From positions 1-29,565 of the forward strand of contig CAVYBU010000011.1 of assembly GCA_963766735.1 (NCBI GenBank): a DNA stretch of 29,565 bases, given 5' to 3'. Below the pieces are notes generated by a model. It was not told the DNA's origin and searched no databases. It was given only the letters and a program-made list of their open reading frames with translations. The position numbers were made by a program, and so were the translations under genes. Below are positions 1 through 7,978 of the stretch, one piece after another (positions within the stretch are counted from its first letter, which is position 1; every line of letters begins with the position of its first letter). Source of the stretch: an uncultured Chloroflexia bacterium (GTDB lineage Bacteria > Chloroflexota > Limnocylindria > Limnocylindrales > CSP1-4).

Positions 1-973
1 TGGCGCCATCGGGCTCCCACTTCGGACGTTCGTACAGGCCGGCCTTGTCGGCCAGCACTCGTGCAGGCCCCCCGTCCCAGGGCACCACCTTCAGGAAGGC
101 GCCGCAGGTCACGCAGTCCAGGGATGGCGTCTCGAGGTAGGCGAGCTCGCGGTCCTGGGGATCCCACGCCGGCAGGCCGAGCCGTCCGAACCCGACCCGG
201 ACCAGGGGCCGGTCGACGGCGCCATCCGAGCGGTGCAGCATGATTCGGCCGGAGCCGTCGCCCTCAGCGCCCAACCGGTCAGCCCCTTCATCGACGCTGA
301 CAAACCCTGTCCCGTCGTGCTTGAAGACGAGGTCGTTCGCGATCCACGACCCGAGATCGCGAACGGGCGACCCGTCGGTCGCCACGACTCGCACCTGGAC
401 CGGCCCGTCGGTCGACCCGGGAACCTGGACGGCGATCTCGGACGGGGACAACCACTGGAAGGCACGCACGTCGGGGACCTCACCGACCAGCGTGCCGTCC
501 GGCTCCAGGATCCGGAGGCGTCGCGGCTCGCCTGGAGCAGCGGTGGTCGCGTGGACCGCCGCCACATGCCTGGCGTCCGGCGACCAAGCCGCAGCGGCGT
601 AGACGCCGTCGTCGCGGATCTGCCGTGGGTCGCCGCCGTCGCCGTTGGCGATGACGAGCCCGTCGGTGTACCCGACGGCGAGTCGTGGCCCGTCGGCCGC
701 GGGAGGCTGGATCACGCGGCTGCCGACGAGTGCGAGCGCGCCCAGGAGCGCCGCCAGGAGCAGCGTGAGGAGCACGACCAGGCCGATCCTCGGGTGCGCT
801 CGTGGCGCCGTCCCCGCGCTCCCCTGCTGCAGCACGACGAGGAGCCCAGGCCGCTGTCGAGCCGTCCGGGTCGAGGACATGACGGTCGCGAACAGCGTGT
901 CCGGCTCCCGCCGGGGCGCCGCAGCGTCGAGCATCGAGCGCAGCTGGCGTTCGAGATCGTCGGAGCTGGTCAT
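1..973 (-). CDS. Single-pass membrane protein with PD40/WD40-like beta-propeller, putative anti-sigma factor (module 1); runs off the window edge
   Basis: Missing from the ORF track because there is no stop in the window. ATG at 973-971 overlaps the sigma TGA (ATGA). Translates MTSSDDLERQLRSMLDAAAPRREPDTLF...RQRPG, then TM IGLVVLLTLLLAALLGALALVG, then AAWSPDA, PAWDPQD and PKWEPDG repeats. Frame is open to position 1. Confidence 0.85.
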   Translation of the reverse strand, partial: MTSSDDLERQLRSMLDAAAPRREPDTLFATVMSSTRTARQRPGLLVVLQQGSAGTAPRAHPRIGLVVLLTLLLAALLGALALVGSRVIQPPAADGPRLAVGYTDGLVIANGDGGDPRQIRDDGVYAAAAWSPDARHVAAVHATTAAPGEPRRLRILEPDGTLVGEVPDVRAFQWLSPSEIAVQVPGSTDGPVQVRVVATDGSPVRDLGSWIANDLVFKHDGTGFVSVDEGADRLGAEGDGSGRIMLHRSDGAVDRPLVRVGFGRLGLPAWDPQDRELAYLETPSLDCVTCGAFLKVVPWDGGPARVLADKAGLYERPKWEPDGA

Positions 974-1524
974 GCCGTCCGTCCAGTCTCTGCGCCGGAG
1001 CGTTCGTCAGCGGCGAGCGCCGCCCGCAGCGCGTCCGTTGCGCGGTGGAGCCGGGACTTGGCGGTCCCCAGCGGAATGTCGAGCGCCACGGAGATGTCGG
1101 CCAGGGACAGATCCGCGTAGTAGGCCAGGACAAGGATCGTCCGGTGATCCGTCGGGAGGTGGGCGAACGCCCGCTCCAGCTGGTCGCGGACACCGATCGA
1201 CACGAGGCCGTCGGGCACCGGGGTGTCGTGGTCGAAAGCCAGCGGGATCTCGACGATCTGGCGGCGGCGGTCGCGCCGCGAGGCCCGATAGCAGGATCGG
1301 ACCAGCAGCCGGTGGAGCCAGGCGTCGAGCCGGTCCGGGTCCCGCAGGCCGCGGATGTCCCGCCACGCCTGGATGAGCGCCTCCTGCACGGCGTCCTCGG
1401 CGCGGTCCGGGTCGCGGAGGATCAGCCTGGCCGTGGCGTAGAGCCGCGCGATGACGCCGTGGACGAGCACGCCGAAGGCCTCGTGATCGCCCTCCCGTGC
1501 CCTTCGCACCAGCTCGTGCCGCAT
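970..1524 (-). CDS. ECF (sigma-70 group IV) sigma factor, module 1
   Basis: 184 aa. Region 2 GDHEAF...AEDAVQEALIQAWR...DAWLHRL; region 4 LSLADISVALDIPLGTAKSRLHRA. GAGGGAG RBS upstream. Confidence 0.95.
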   Translation of the reverse strand: MRHELVRRAREGDHEAFGVLVHGVIARLYATARLILRDPDRAEDAVQEALIQAWRDIRGLRDPDRLDAWLHRLLVRSCYRASRRDRRRQIVEIPLAFDHDTPVPDGLVSIGVRDQLERAFAHLPTDHRTILVLAYYADLSLADISVALDIPLGTAKSRLHRATDALRAALAADERSGAETGRTA

Positions 1525-1566
1525 CGGCCGGCTCCCTCAGTCCCTGGCCACGCCAGGGGCCCGCAT

Positions 1567-1575
1567 GGTACGGGG
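1567..1575 (-). promoter_or_regulatory. Candidate -10 element CCCCGTACC upstream of sigma 1
   Basis: Identical 9-mer at 2800-2808. It also overlaps TACCAT (TANNNT). Followed by a 7-bp hairpin at 1542-1558. Confidence 0.4.
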
Positions 1576-1577
1576 TC

Positions 1578-2753
1578 TCACGGTGTCGGTCTGAGCCGGG
1601 GGTGCGTGGCGCTGATGCCATCGATTCGCACGAGCCCCGTGCCGTCGGCATCGACCTGCGCCGCGGTCCGCGTGTCCATCTGCACGAACAGCACCTGCAG
1701 GCCGTCCGGTGTCCAGCTCGGGTGCGACGATCGGACGTCATCCGACCCGTCGTAGACGAGCTCCATGAGCTTCGACCCGTCCGGGCGCATCGTGTACAGG
1801 CGGACCGGGGCGCCCGACGGGTCCACGTCGTGGGTCGTGAACACGATCGCGTCTTTCGTCGGGTTCCAGTCCGGGTACGTGGCGAACAACTGTGGATCCG
1901 TGATCGCCTTGGGCGTCGAGCCCGCCTTGACGGGCAGGATCGCTATCGACGCGCCGGTCTCCGATCCATCATCCTGGAACTGCTCGAGCTGGACGACGAG
2001 CCTGTCGCCATCCGGGGACCATCGGGGCTGGTCCACGAGCTGCAGCCGCTCGGTTCGCGTCACGACGGTGACCTCGCCCGAGGCGACGTCGACGATCTCG
2101 ATCGCCGATGACGATGGCGGTCCACCGGCGACGGGCGGCCCGTGGTAGCGCGTGTGTGCGATCCGCTTCCCGTCCGGCGACCAAGCCGGGAAGTCGCAGT
2201 CACCGTCGCACGTGCCAACCGGTCGGGCGCTCGCACCGTCGACCGCCGCGATCCAGATCGCATCATCGAGTACGAAGGCGATCTGGGCCCCGTCCGGTGA
2301 CCAATCCGGGTGCTTGGCCTCCCCTGGCGCAGGCATGGGCAGCTGGTGGGCCCCGGTGCCATCGGGCCGGACAAGGCAGATGGTGTCCGGCTGACCAGGC
2401 GTGGGTCCGCACGGCGAACCCCACTGGAAGACGATCCACGCCTCACCCGGCAGCACCGTGACCGGCGTCGGGGCGGGCGACGGCGTGGGTGCTTGACTCG
2501 GCATGGGTGCCTCGGTAGGGGCCTGGGTCGCAGCCGTGGTGGGCGCCGGGGTCGACGCAGCGGCGGGTGCCGCGGGCGACGGCTCGGTCGATGCGGGAGC
2601 CTGGGCCGGACTCGAGCAGGCGGTCAGTGCGAGGACACTCGCGGTGGCAAGCACGGCGAGCGCTGGACGCACCTTGGGCACCGCTGCTCCCGCACCGCGT
2701 GCAGACGCACGAGCCGGACGACGGCTCATCGCCTCGACGATCGTTCGAAACAT
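1578..2753 (-). CDS. Lipoprotein with Pro/Ala/Thr-rich linker and PD40 (TolB-like) beta-propeller (lipoprotein B)
   Basis: C-terminal part of the 838-aa track ORF. GGAGGA before GTG-ATG at 2756/2753; a later start (ATG 2729) is possible. Lipobox LTAC, PAT linker, repeated PDWSPDG/PAWSPDG/PRWSPDG/PSWTPDG, ends HPRLRPTP. Confidence 0.85.
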   Translation of the reverse strand: MFRTIVEAMSRRPARASARGAGAAVPKVRPALAVLATASVLALTACSSPAQAPASTEPSPAAPAAASTPAPTTAATQAPTEAPMPSQAPTPSPAPTPVTVLPGEAWIVFQWGSPCGPTPGQPDTICLVRPDGTGAHQLPMPAPGEAKHPDWSPDGAQIAFVLDDAIWIAAVDGASARPVGTCDGDCDFPAWSPDGKRIAHTRYHGPPVAGGPPSSSAIEIVDVASGEVTVVTRTERLQLVDQPRWSPDGDRLVVQLEQFQDDGSETGASIAILPVKAGSTPKAITDPQLFATYPDWNPTKDAIVFTTHDVDPSGAPVRLYTMRPDGSKLMELVYDGSDDVRSSHPSWTPDGLQVLFVQMDTRTAAQVDADGTGLVRIDGISATHPRLRPTP

Positions 2754-2799
2754 CACTCCTCCACCCGACCTGCCGGGCAGCCGGTCGGCTGGCCCATGA

Positions 2800-2808
2800 G
2801 GTACGGGG
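2800..2808 (-). promoter_or_regulatory. Candidate ECF promoter element CCCCGTACC upstream of lipoprotein B
   Basis: Same 9-mer as at 1567-1575. GGAACC lies 17 nt upstream on the minus strand. Confidence 0.4.
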
Positions 2809-2886
2809 CAGGAGGAACGGCGCGAGGTTCCATCTTCGTCGCCGCTGCCCAGACGCGCCGACGCGCGGGGTCGGCTCCGCGGCCCG

Positions 2887-4033
2887 TCAGGGCTCGTCGA
2901 GCACGGCTCGCGCGATCGCTCGAGCGGTGGCGCGATGGTCGGGGGTCTGCTCGCGGTTGGCCAGCAGGACGATCGTGAGGTCGTCGTCGGGGTAGCGGGC
3001 GAGGTACGTGTAGAACCCGTCGATGCCCCCGTCATGGGCGACGATCCGGTGGCCGTCCTCCTCGCCGACGTGCACGCCGTAGCCGTACCCGAACCCGACC
3101 CGGTCGGTGGTCTCCACCAGCGGGGTGGCGACCTGCTCGCGCACGGCGGCCGGGACGAGGGCGTCGGCGTCAAGGGCATCGGCCCACCGCTGCAGGTCGA
3201 AGCACGGTCGAGTAGAGCCCGCCGGCGGCGTACGGGACCGACATGTCGATGGCTGCGGCCGGCGTGAAGGCGGACGTCTAGCCGACCGCGAGCCCGGGCG
3301 TGTCGCCGTCCTCGTAGCCGCTGTCGGCCATGCCCAGCGGTTCGAGGATCTCGTCGCGCAGGAACTGCTCGTAGGGCATGCCGGACGCCCGCTCGATCAC
3401 CATGCCGAGGAGCACTTAGCCCGTGTTGTTGTAGCCGAAGAAGCGGCCCGGCTCCCAGGCGAGCGGGGTGTCCGCGACATCGGCGACGGTCTCCGCCGGG
3501 GTCGACGCGGTCATCGGGTCGGAGTCGGGCTGGTCGGTGAAGCTCGCAATGCCCGAGGTGTGGGCGAGCAGGTGCTCGATCGTGACCGCCTTCCAGGCCT
3601 TCGGGCAGTCGTCGATGTAGTCGCAGATCGAGTCGCTGCGCTTGATCAGCCCGCGGGGCTCGAGGATCAGGATCCCCATGCCCGTGAACTGCTTGGTGAT
3701 CGAGCCGATCCGGAACCGCGTCTCCGGGGTGTTGGCGAGCCTGGCAGCGTCGTCGGCCATGCCGATCCCCTTCGCGTAGAGGACCTCGCCGTCCTTCGCG
3801 ACCAGCGCCGCGCCGTTGAAGTCGGTCCCGAGCAGCCGATCCAGGCGCGTCTCGAGGTCCGGGGTGGCCGTCGGGGTCGGAGCGGGCGCTGAGGTGGGAA
3901 CCGGGGTCGCCGCGGGCGCCGCGGACAGACCCGCCGGGCGTGACGGCGCCTCCGTCGGTGCGCCGGGCTGTGCGCCGCTCGCACACCCGGCAAGGGCGAG
4001 GGCGGCGACGATGCCGAGGACGGAGCTTCTCAT
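2887..4033 (-). pseudogene. Serine hydrolase, beta-lactamase class C / D-Ala-D-Ala carboxypeptidase family lipoprotein; two in-frame stops and one frameshift
   Basis: GGAGG RBS then ATG 4033; lipobox LAGC; SxxK (GSITKQF), YxN (YNN), HDGG. TAA at 3418-3416 and TAG at 3280-3278 are in frame, and there is an extra base at 3200-3201. Homology continues through all three (NTG*VLLG, LAVG*, YSTVL/DLQRW). Confidence 0.85.
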
Positions 4034-4060
4034 GGCGTACCTCCGGGCCATGCACCCGAA

Positions 4061-4091
4061 GGCCGGCGACCCGCCGGGCGGATCGCCGGCC
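4061..4091 (-). terminator. GC-rich hairpin (terminator or mRNA processing/stabilising stem)
   Basis: Minus strand GGCCGGCGATCCGCC-C-GGCGGGTCGCCGGCC pairs fully with one G:U, which occurs only in the minus-strand RNA. It lies 16 nt after the 4107 stop and is followed by only UU. Confidence 0.55.
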
Positions 4092-4106
4092 CAATGGTGC
4101 TCGCGT

Positions 4107-4538
4107 CTAGCGGGTCAGCACGCCCACGTAGTGGTCGATCACCCCGCCGCCGACGTAGTAGCCCACGAGGTTGCCACCGCCGCGGATGCCCTCGTAGGCA
4201 CCGGCGCCCGAGACGACCTTCCAGCCGCCCTGGTCCTGCGGCGAGTCGTTGGCCGTCGCCGCGTTGAGGTGGATCGTCAGCTTGTCCACGCCGTTGGCGC
4301 ACGTGAAGGTCTTGTCGAGGTGGAAGGTGCCGGCCCGGCCGCCCCCGGCGAACCGGAAGTTCGAGTTGGTGGCCGTGCCCTCGGCGCAGAAGCCGCCGGT
4401 TGCGGTGAACGTCTCGGTGCCGCCGAAGCCGTCCACGGTGAGGGTGATCTCGACCGGTGATGCCGCCGAAGCGGCCGGGGCGAGCAGGGCCGCCGCGATG
4501 AGGCCGGCCGCGAGCGGGCGCAGGAGCGGGACGCGCAT
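4107..4538 (-). CDS. Secreted hypothetical protein, possible dirigent/allene oxide cyclase-like beta-barrel
   Basis: 143 aa. GGGAGGA RBS; signal peptide ending ASA; two Cys; beta-rich; WKVVSGAGAYEGIRGGG motif. Confidence 0.75.
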   Translation of the reverse strand: MRVPLLRPLAAGLIAAALLAPAASAASPVEITLTVDGFGGTETFTATGGFCAEGTATNSNFRFAGGGRAGTFHLDKTFTCANGVDKLTIHLNAATANDSPQDQGGWKVVSGAGAYEGIRGGGNLVGYYVGGGVIDHYVGVLTR

Positions 4539-4575
4539 CAGGTTCCTCCCAGTTGTCTGGCGCGGCTGGAGCCGC

Positions 4576-4610
4576 GTTCACTGGGTATGGCGCACGGCAC
4601 ATGCGAATCG
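4576..4610 (-). promoter_or_regulatory. Candidate ECF promoter CGATTC-N12-CGCCATACCC-N3-GAAC
   Basis: Same layout and spacing as 7913-7947. Followed by hairpin CGCGGC-TCCA-GCCGCG. Confidence 0.6.
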
Positions 4611-4634
4611 ATGCGCCGATTCCAGAACCCGCTG

Positions 4635-5987
4635 CTAGTTGCCCAGTCGCGTCCACGGGACGGCCAGCCACGGCTCGCGAGGCGCATCGTCCACCTGCCG
4701 GAACTGCAGGGTGCCGTCGTCCGCCACCTGCCACGTGGCGGTGTTGAGGCCCGACGTGCGCGGCATCCGCCAGTCGAATGGCCACCGGATCACCACGCGC
4801 CCACCCTTCGCCGCGTAGTCGGCCGTGAACGTCTCTGTGATCCCAGCCGGGTCGCCGAGCTCCACCGAGAGGCGCCCGTCCGCGACGGTGATCGTGATCA
4901 CGGTGCCGTCGTCGCTGAACTGGTAGCGTCCGGCAGGGAGCCCGCCGGCCCGGGGGGCGAATGCCGCCCGCCCCGCATCCCATGCCGCGATCTGCACCGC
5001 CAGCGGCTCCGCCAGGCACTCGGCGCCCTTGGCCTCGAACCCCGGTCCACATTCCGGCAGCGGGTGCCCGCTTCGGGCTGCGTCCACGACCGCACGGATG
5101 GCCTCGACGACGAGCTGCGGCCGGTCCTCCATGACCGAGTGGCCCGCGTCGGTTGCCACCATGTGCAGCGCGTTCGATGAGAGTCCGCCGAGCGCATCCT
5201 GGAGTGGCGACCACGCTCGCTCGATGTCGCCGGTCATCCGCCCGTTGGTCAGCACGATGAGCGGCAGGTCGCCGAGGAGTCCTGACTCGAGCAGCTGGTC
5301 GCGGCTCGCGGCCTTGTCCACCTGGTGGCGGCCGTCGACCCACGGCTCGCCCTGGTCCCCCCAGCCGCCTGGCCGAAACTGCTCTTCGTGGCTGGAATCG
5401 ATCAGGATCAGGCCTGCCGTGTCCTCCGGGAAGCGCGCGGCGAAGAGGCGCACGATCATGCCGCCGTACGAGTGGCCGGCGAGCACGTATGGGCCCTCGA
5501 TCCCGGCCGCGACGAGCACGGCGTGCAGCTCGTCCACGCGATCACCGACCGATAGTGCCTCGACACCGGGAAGGGCCTCGCTGCCGCCGACCCCCGGTCG
5601 GTCGTACCAGCAGGTGCGGACAGCAGGGGCCAGACCCTCGGCGATGGGATCGAACACCGACCCGCTGGAGTCGAGGCCGGCCTCGAGGATGACGGTCGGC
5701 CTGGCGGCGCCGGTGCACGACAGTCGGACCGATGCGCCGCTCACCTCCACGCGACGGAGCGGCCCTTCCGCTGCAGCGGTGGGCGGTTGCGACGCCTCGG
5801 CCGATGCCGGAGCGGTGGGCGGTTGCGACGGCCCGGCCGCTGCCGGAGCCGCCGTCCGAGCCGAAGGCTCAGCTGGGACTGCTGGCGACAGCGCCGAGCA
5901 GCCTCCGGCCATGGTTGCGGCGACGGCTGCGACCAGGAGGCTCGTCAGCACACGCCACCTGGCTGGCCGGGTCATGAAGCCCTTCAC
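4635..5987 (-). CDS. Alpha/beta hydrolase lipoprotein with extra C-terminal domain
   Basis: GTG 5987 overlaps the upstream TGA (GTGA); ATG 5975 is an alternative start. AGGC lipobox-like, Pro/Ala linker, YDRPGVGGS, GHSYGG nucleophile elbow, DAGHSV histidine. Confidence 0.85.
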   Translation of the reverse strand: MKGFMTRPARWRVLTSLLVAAVAATMAGGCSALSPAVPAEPSARTAAPAAAGPSQPPTAPASAEASQPPTAAAEGPLRRVEVSGASVRLSCTGAARPTVILEAGLDSSGSVFDPIAEGLAPAVRTCWYDRPGVGGSEALPGVEALSVGDRVDELHAVLVAAGIEGPYVLAGHSYGGMIVRLFAARFPEDTAGLILIDSSHEEQFRPGGWGDQGEPWVDGRHQVDKAASRDQLLESGLLGDLPLIVLTNGRMTGDIERAWSPLQDALGGLSSNALHMVATDAGHSVMEDRPQLVVEAIRAVVDAARSGHPLPECGPGFEAKGAECLAEPLAVQIAAWDAGRAAFAPRAGGLPAGRYQFSDDGTVITITVADGRLSVELGDPAGITETFTADYAAKGGRVVIRWPFDWRMPRTSGLNTATWQVADDGTLQFRQVDDAPREPWLAVPWTRLGN

Positions 5988-7309
5988 GGCGCCAGTCGCT
6001 GCCATTCCGGCAGGTTGTCTCCCAGCTGCACCTCGGACCCCTCGCCGGAGGCGGTGTCCACGAGGTACGTCCGCGCGAGGTCGTTGAAGTAGAGGAGCGC
6101 CGCCGATCCGTCCGGCGACCACACCTTGACGGTCCCCGTGCCGGCGCTCCCGTCGCTCCGTGGCGACATGTCTCGGCCTTGCCCCGAGCCGTCGGCGGGG
6201 ACGACGGCCACCCACGACGACGCGTCCTGCGCGCCCTCGGAAGGAAGCACGAACCGCTCGACCATGAGCTGGGTGCCGTCGGGCGACCAGGTGGGCCACC
6301 CCTGGTGGATGCGCGGGTCCGCGGGCGCCGGCAAGGGCCGGTCGTTCGTCCCGTCGGCATCGATGAGGTGGACACGGAAGGACGTCATCAGGGTCACGGG
6401 ATCGAGATCCATGGCGTTGTAGGCGATGGTCGATCCGTCCGGGGACCACTGGGCACCTGAGAGCGTGTACTCCAGTCCATACGCCGAGATGCCGATGAGG
6501 TCGAAGCGGGGGCCGACCGAGCCGTCCAGGTGCGCGAGGTAGAGCCCCTGCGAGCGACTGCTGGTTGTCAACGCCCGCAGGAGGAACAGATCCGGGTCCG
6601 CCGGACTGGGCAGGGCGTCATACGGGACGAGACCGTCGGGAAGGACGATCTCCTGCGCGCCGCTGCCGTCGGCCGGCACCTTGAACAGCCGTCGGGTCCC
6701 GTTCTCGAACTGGCCCGTCACGAGCACGTAGGAGCTGTCGTAGGCCCACCATGCCTGCGCCCACCCATCCTGGATCGGCAGCCCGAGGACCTCGCGAGAG
6801 GCTGATCCGTCGCTGTCGGCCATCATGAGGTGGTCACCGTCCGACGCGGTGCGCACGAACATCATCGTCGAGCCGTCCGGCGACAGGTAGGGGCCGCTCT
6901 CCCGGTCAGGCCCGTCGATGATCGCCGCGACGTCGCCACCGACGGATGACGCCCGGTAGATCCCCCCGTCGCGCTCGAACACGAGGGCGCCGTTGCGGGC
7001 CGGACCCACCGGGAGCGGGAGCCTGGGCCGGGAGCCGGCGACGAAGATCGAGGTCGCAGCGAGGGCGAGGAGCGCCGCAAGCGCCAGCAGCAGGATCGGG
7101 CGCAGCGGCGCCTGTCCGGCCCACGCCGGCGCCAGGGTCACGCCCGCGGGAAGCCACGTTCCCGGGAAGCTCCAGCGCGGCCGCTGCGAGGTGCGCGCGG
7201 TCTGCCGGAGGATGCCCTCGAGGTAGTCGGGCCGGCGCGGCGCGGCGATCTCGCCGATCGCGGCCGTGATGCGCTGCTCGAACGGGTCGAACCGGTCGAC
7301 GGTCGTCAT
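5984..7309 (-). CDS. Single-pass membrane PD40 beta-propeller protein, putative anti-sigma factor (module 2)
   Basis: 441 aa. ATGA overlap with sigma 2. N-terminus FEQRITAAIGEIAAPRRPDYL...TARTSQRPRW; TM ILLLALAALLALAATSIFVAG; LSPDG/WSPDG repeats; ends LPEWQRLAP. Confidence 0.88.
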   Translation of the reverse strand: MTTVDRFDPFEQRITAAIGEIAAPRRPDYLEGILRQTARTSQRPRWSFPGTWLPAGVTLAPAWAGQAPLRPILLLALAALLALAATSIFVAGSRPRLPLPVGPARNGALVFERDGGIYRASSVGGDVAAIIDGPDRESGPYLSPDGSTMMFVRTASDGDHLMMADSDGSASREVLGLPIQDGWAQAWWAYDSSYVLVTGQFENGTRRLFKVPADGSGAQEIVLPDGLVPYDALPSPADPDLFLLRALTTSSRSQGLYLAHLDGSVGPRFDLIGISAYGLEYTLSGAQWSPDGSTIAYNAMDLDPVTLMTSFRVHLIDADGTNDRPLPAPADPRIHQGWPTWSPDGTQLMVERFVLPSEGAQDASSWVAVVPADGSGQGRDMSPRSDGSAGTGTVKVWSPDGSAALLYFNDLARTYLVDTASGEGSEVQLGDNLPEWQRLAP

Positions 7310-7869
7310 GCCGTCCTCCCTCCCTGCGGGCTGGGGACGGGGGGCACGTCCGTGGTCAACGTCCGGCGCAGACCCTGCATCGCCCGGTGCAGCCGAGACT
7401 TCGCAGCCGGGAGGGAGATCCCGAGCGAGGCCGCCGCCTCGGGCAGCGGGTAGCCGAGGTAGTAGTGGAGGACGACGAGCGCCCGGTGCTCCGGGTCGAG
7501 CCGGGCCAGTGCCCGCTCGACGAGGTCGCGGTCCGCGAGGCTGCGTGCGGCGTCGCCGCCCGCAACCGGCTCGTCGATGGGCAGGATCTCGACCTCGATG
7601 GGACGGCGCCGGCGCCGGCGGGCCTCGTCGAGGCAGCTGTTGACGAGGAGACGGTGCAGCCAGGCGTCGAACCTCTCCGGGTCACGAAGTCCAGGGAGGT
7701 CACGCCAGGCGCGTACCAGGGCGTTCTGGACCGCGTCGCGCGCGAGCTCGCGGTCCCGCAGGATGAGGCGTGCGGCCGCGTCGAGGCGCGTGGCGGACGC
7801 CGTGGCGAGCACGGCGAAGGCGTCGTGATCGCCCCGCCCCGCCCGCTCGACGAGCTCCCTCCGTTCCAC
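7306..7869 (-). CDS. ECF sigma factor, module 2 (close paralog of sigma 1)
   Basis: GTG 7869 chosen by alignment to sigma 1 (187 aa). GDHDAF...ARLILRD...DAVQNALVRAWRD...DAWLHRLLV; region 4 AAKSRLHRA. Confidence 0.93.
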   Translation of the reverse strand: MERRELVERAGRGDHDAFAVLATASATRLDAAARLILRDRELARDAVQNALVRAWRDLPGLRDPERFDAWLHRLLVNSCLDEARRRRRRPIEVEILPIDEPVAGGDAARSLADRDLVERALARLDPEHRALVVLHYYLGYPLPEAAASLGISLPAAKSRLHRAMQGLRRTLTTDVPPVPSPQGGRTA

Positions 7870-7912
7870 GGTCCCTGGTCCCTCACCCTGGCCCCGGCGC
7901 ACGATGTGCCGG

Positions 7913-7947
7913 GTTCGAAGGGTATGGCGTCGGCGCAACCGGATTCG
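7913..7947 (-). promoter_or_regulatory. Candidate autoregulatory ECF promoter CGAATC-N12-CGCCATACCC-N3-GAAC
   Basis: Shared with 4576-4610; directly upstream of sigma 2. Confidence 0.6.
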
Positions 7948-7978
7948 TTTCGCCGTTCGCCTCGCCTGGAGTCCGCGA

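Noticed and set aside
3278-3418. Stop-codon recoding (TAA/TAG read as Tyr, or pyrrolysine)
   Set aside because: TAG terminates many genes here at their expected ends (gnd, zwf, pgl, citrate synthase, corA), and the same gene also has a frameshift.
1578-4094. 838-aa ORF as one protein
   Set aside because: The first ~447 codons are an off-frame reading of the serine hydrolase gene and intergenic DNA. The real lipoprotein has its own SD and lipobox near 2753.
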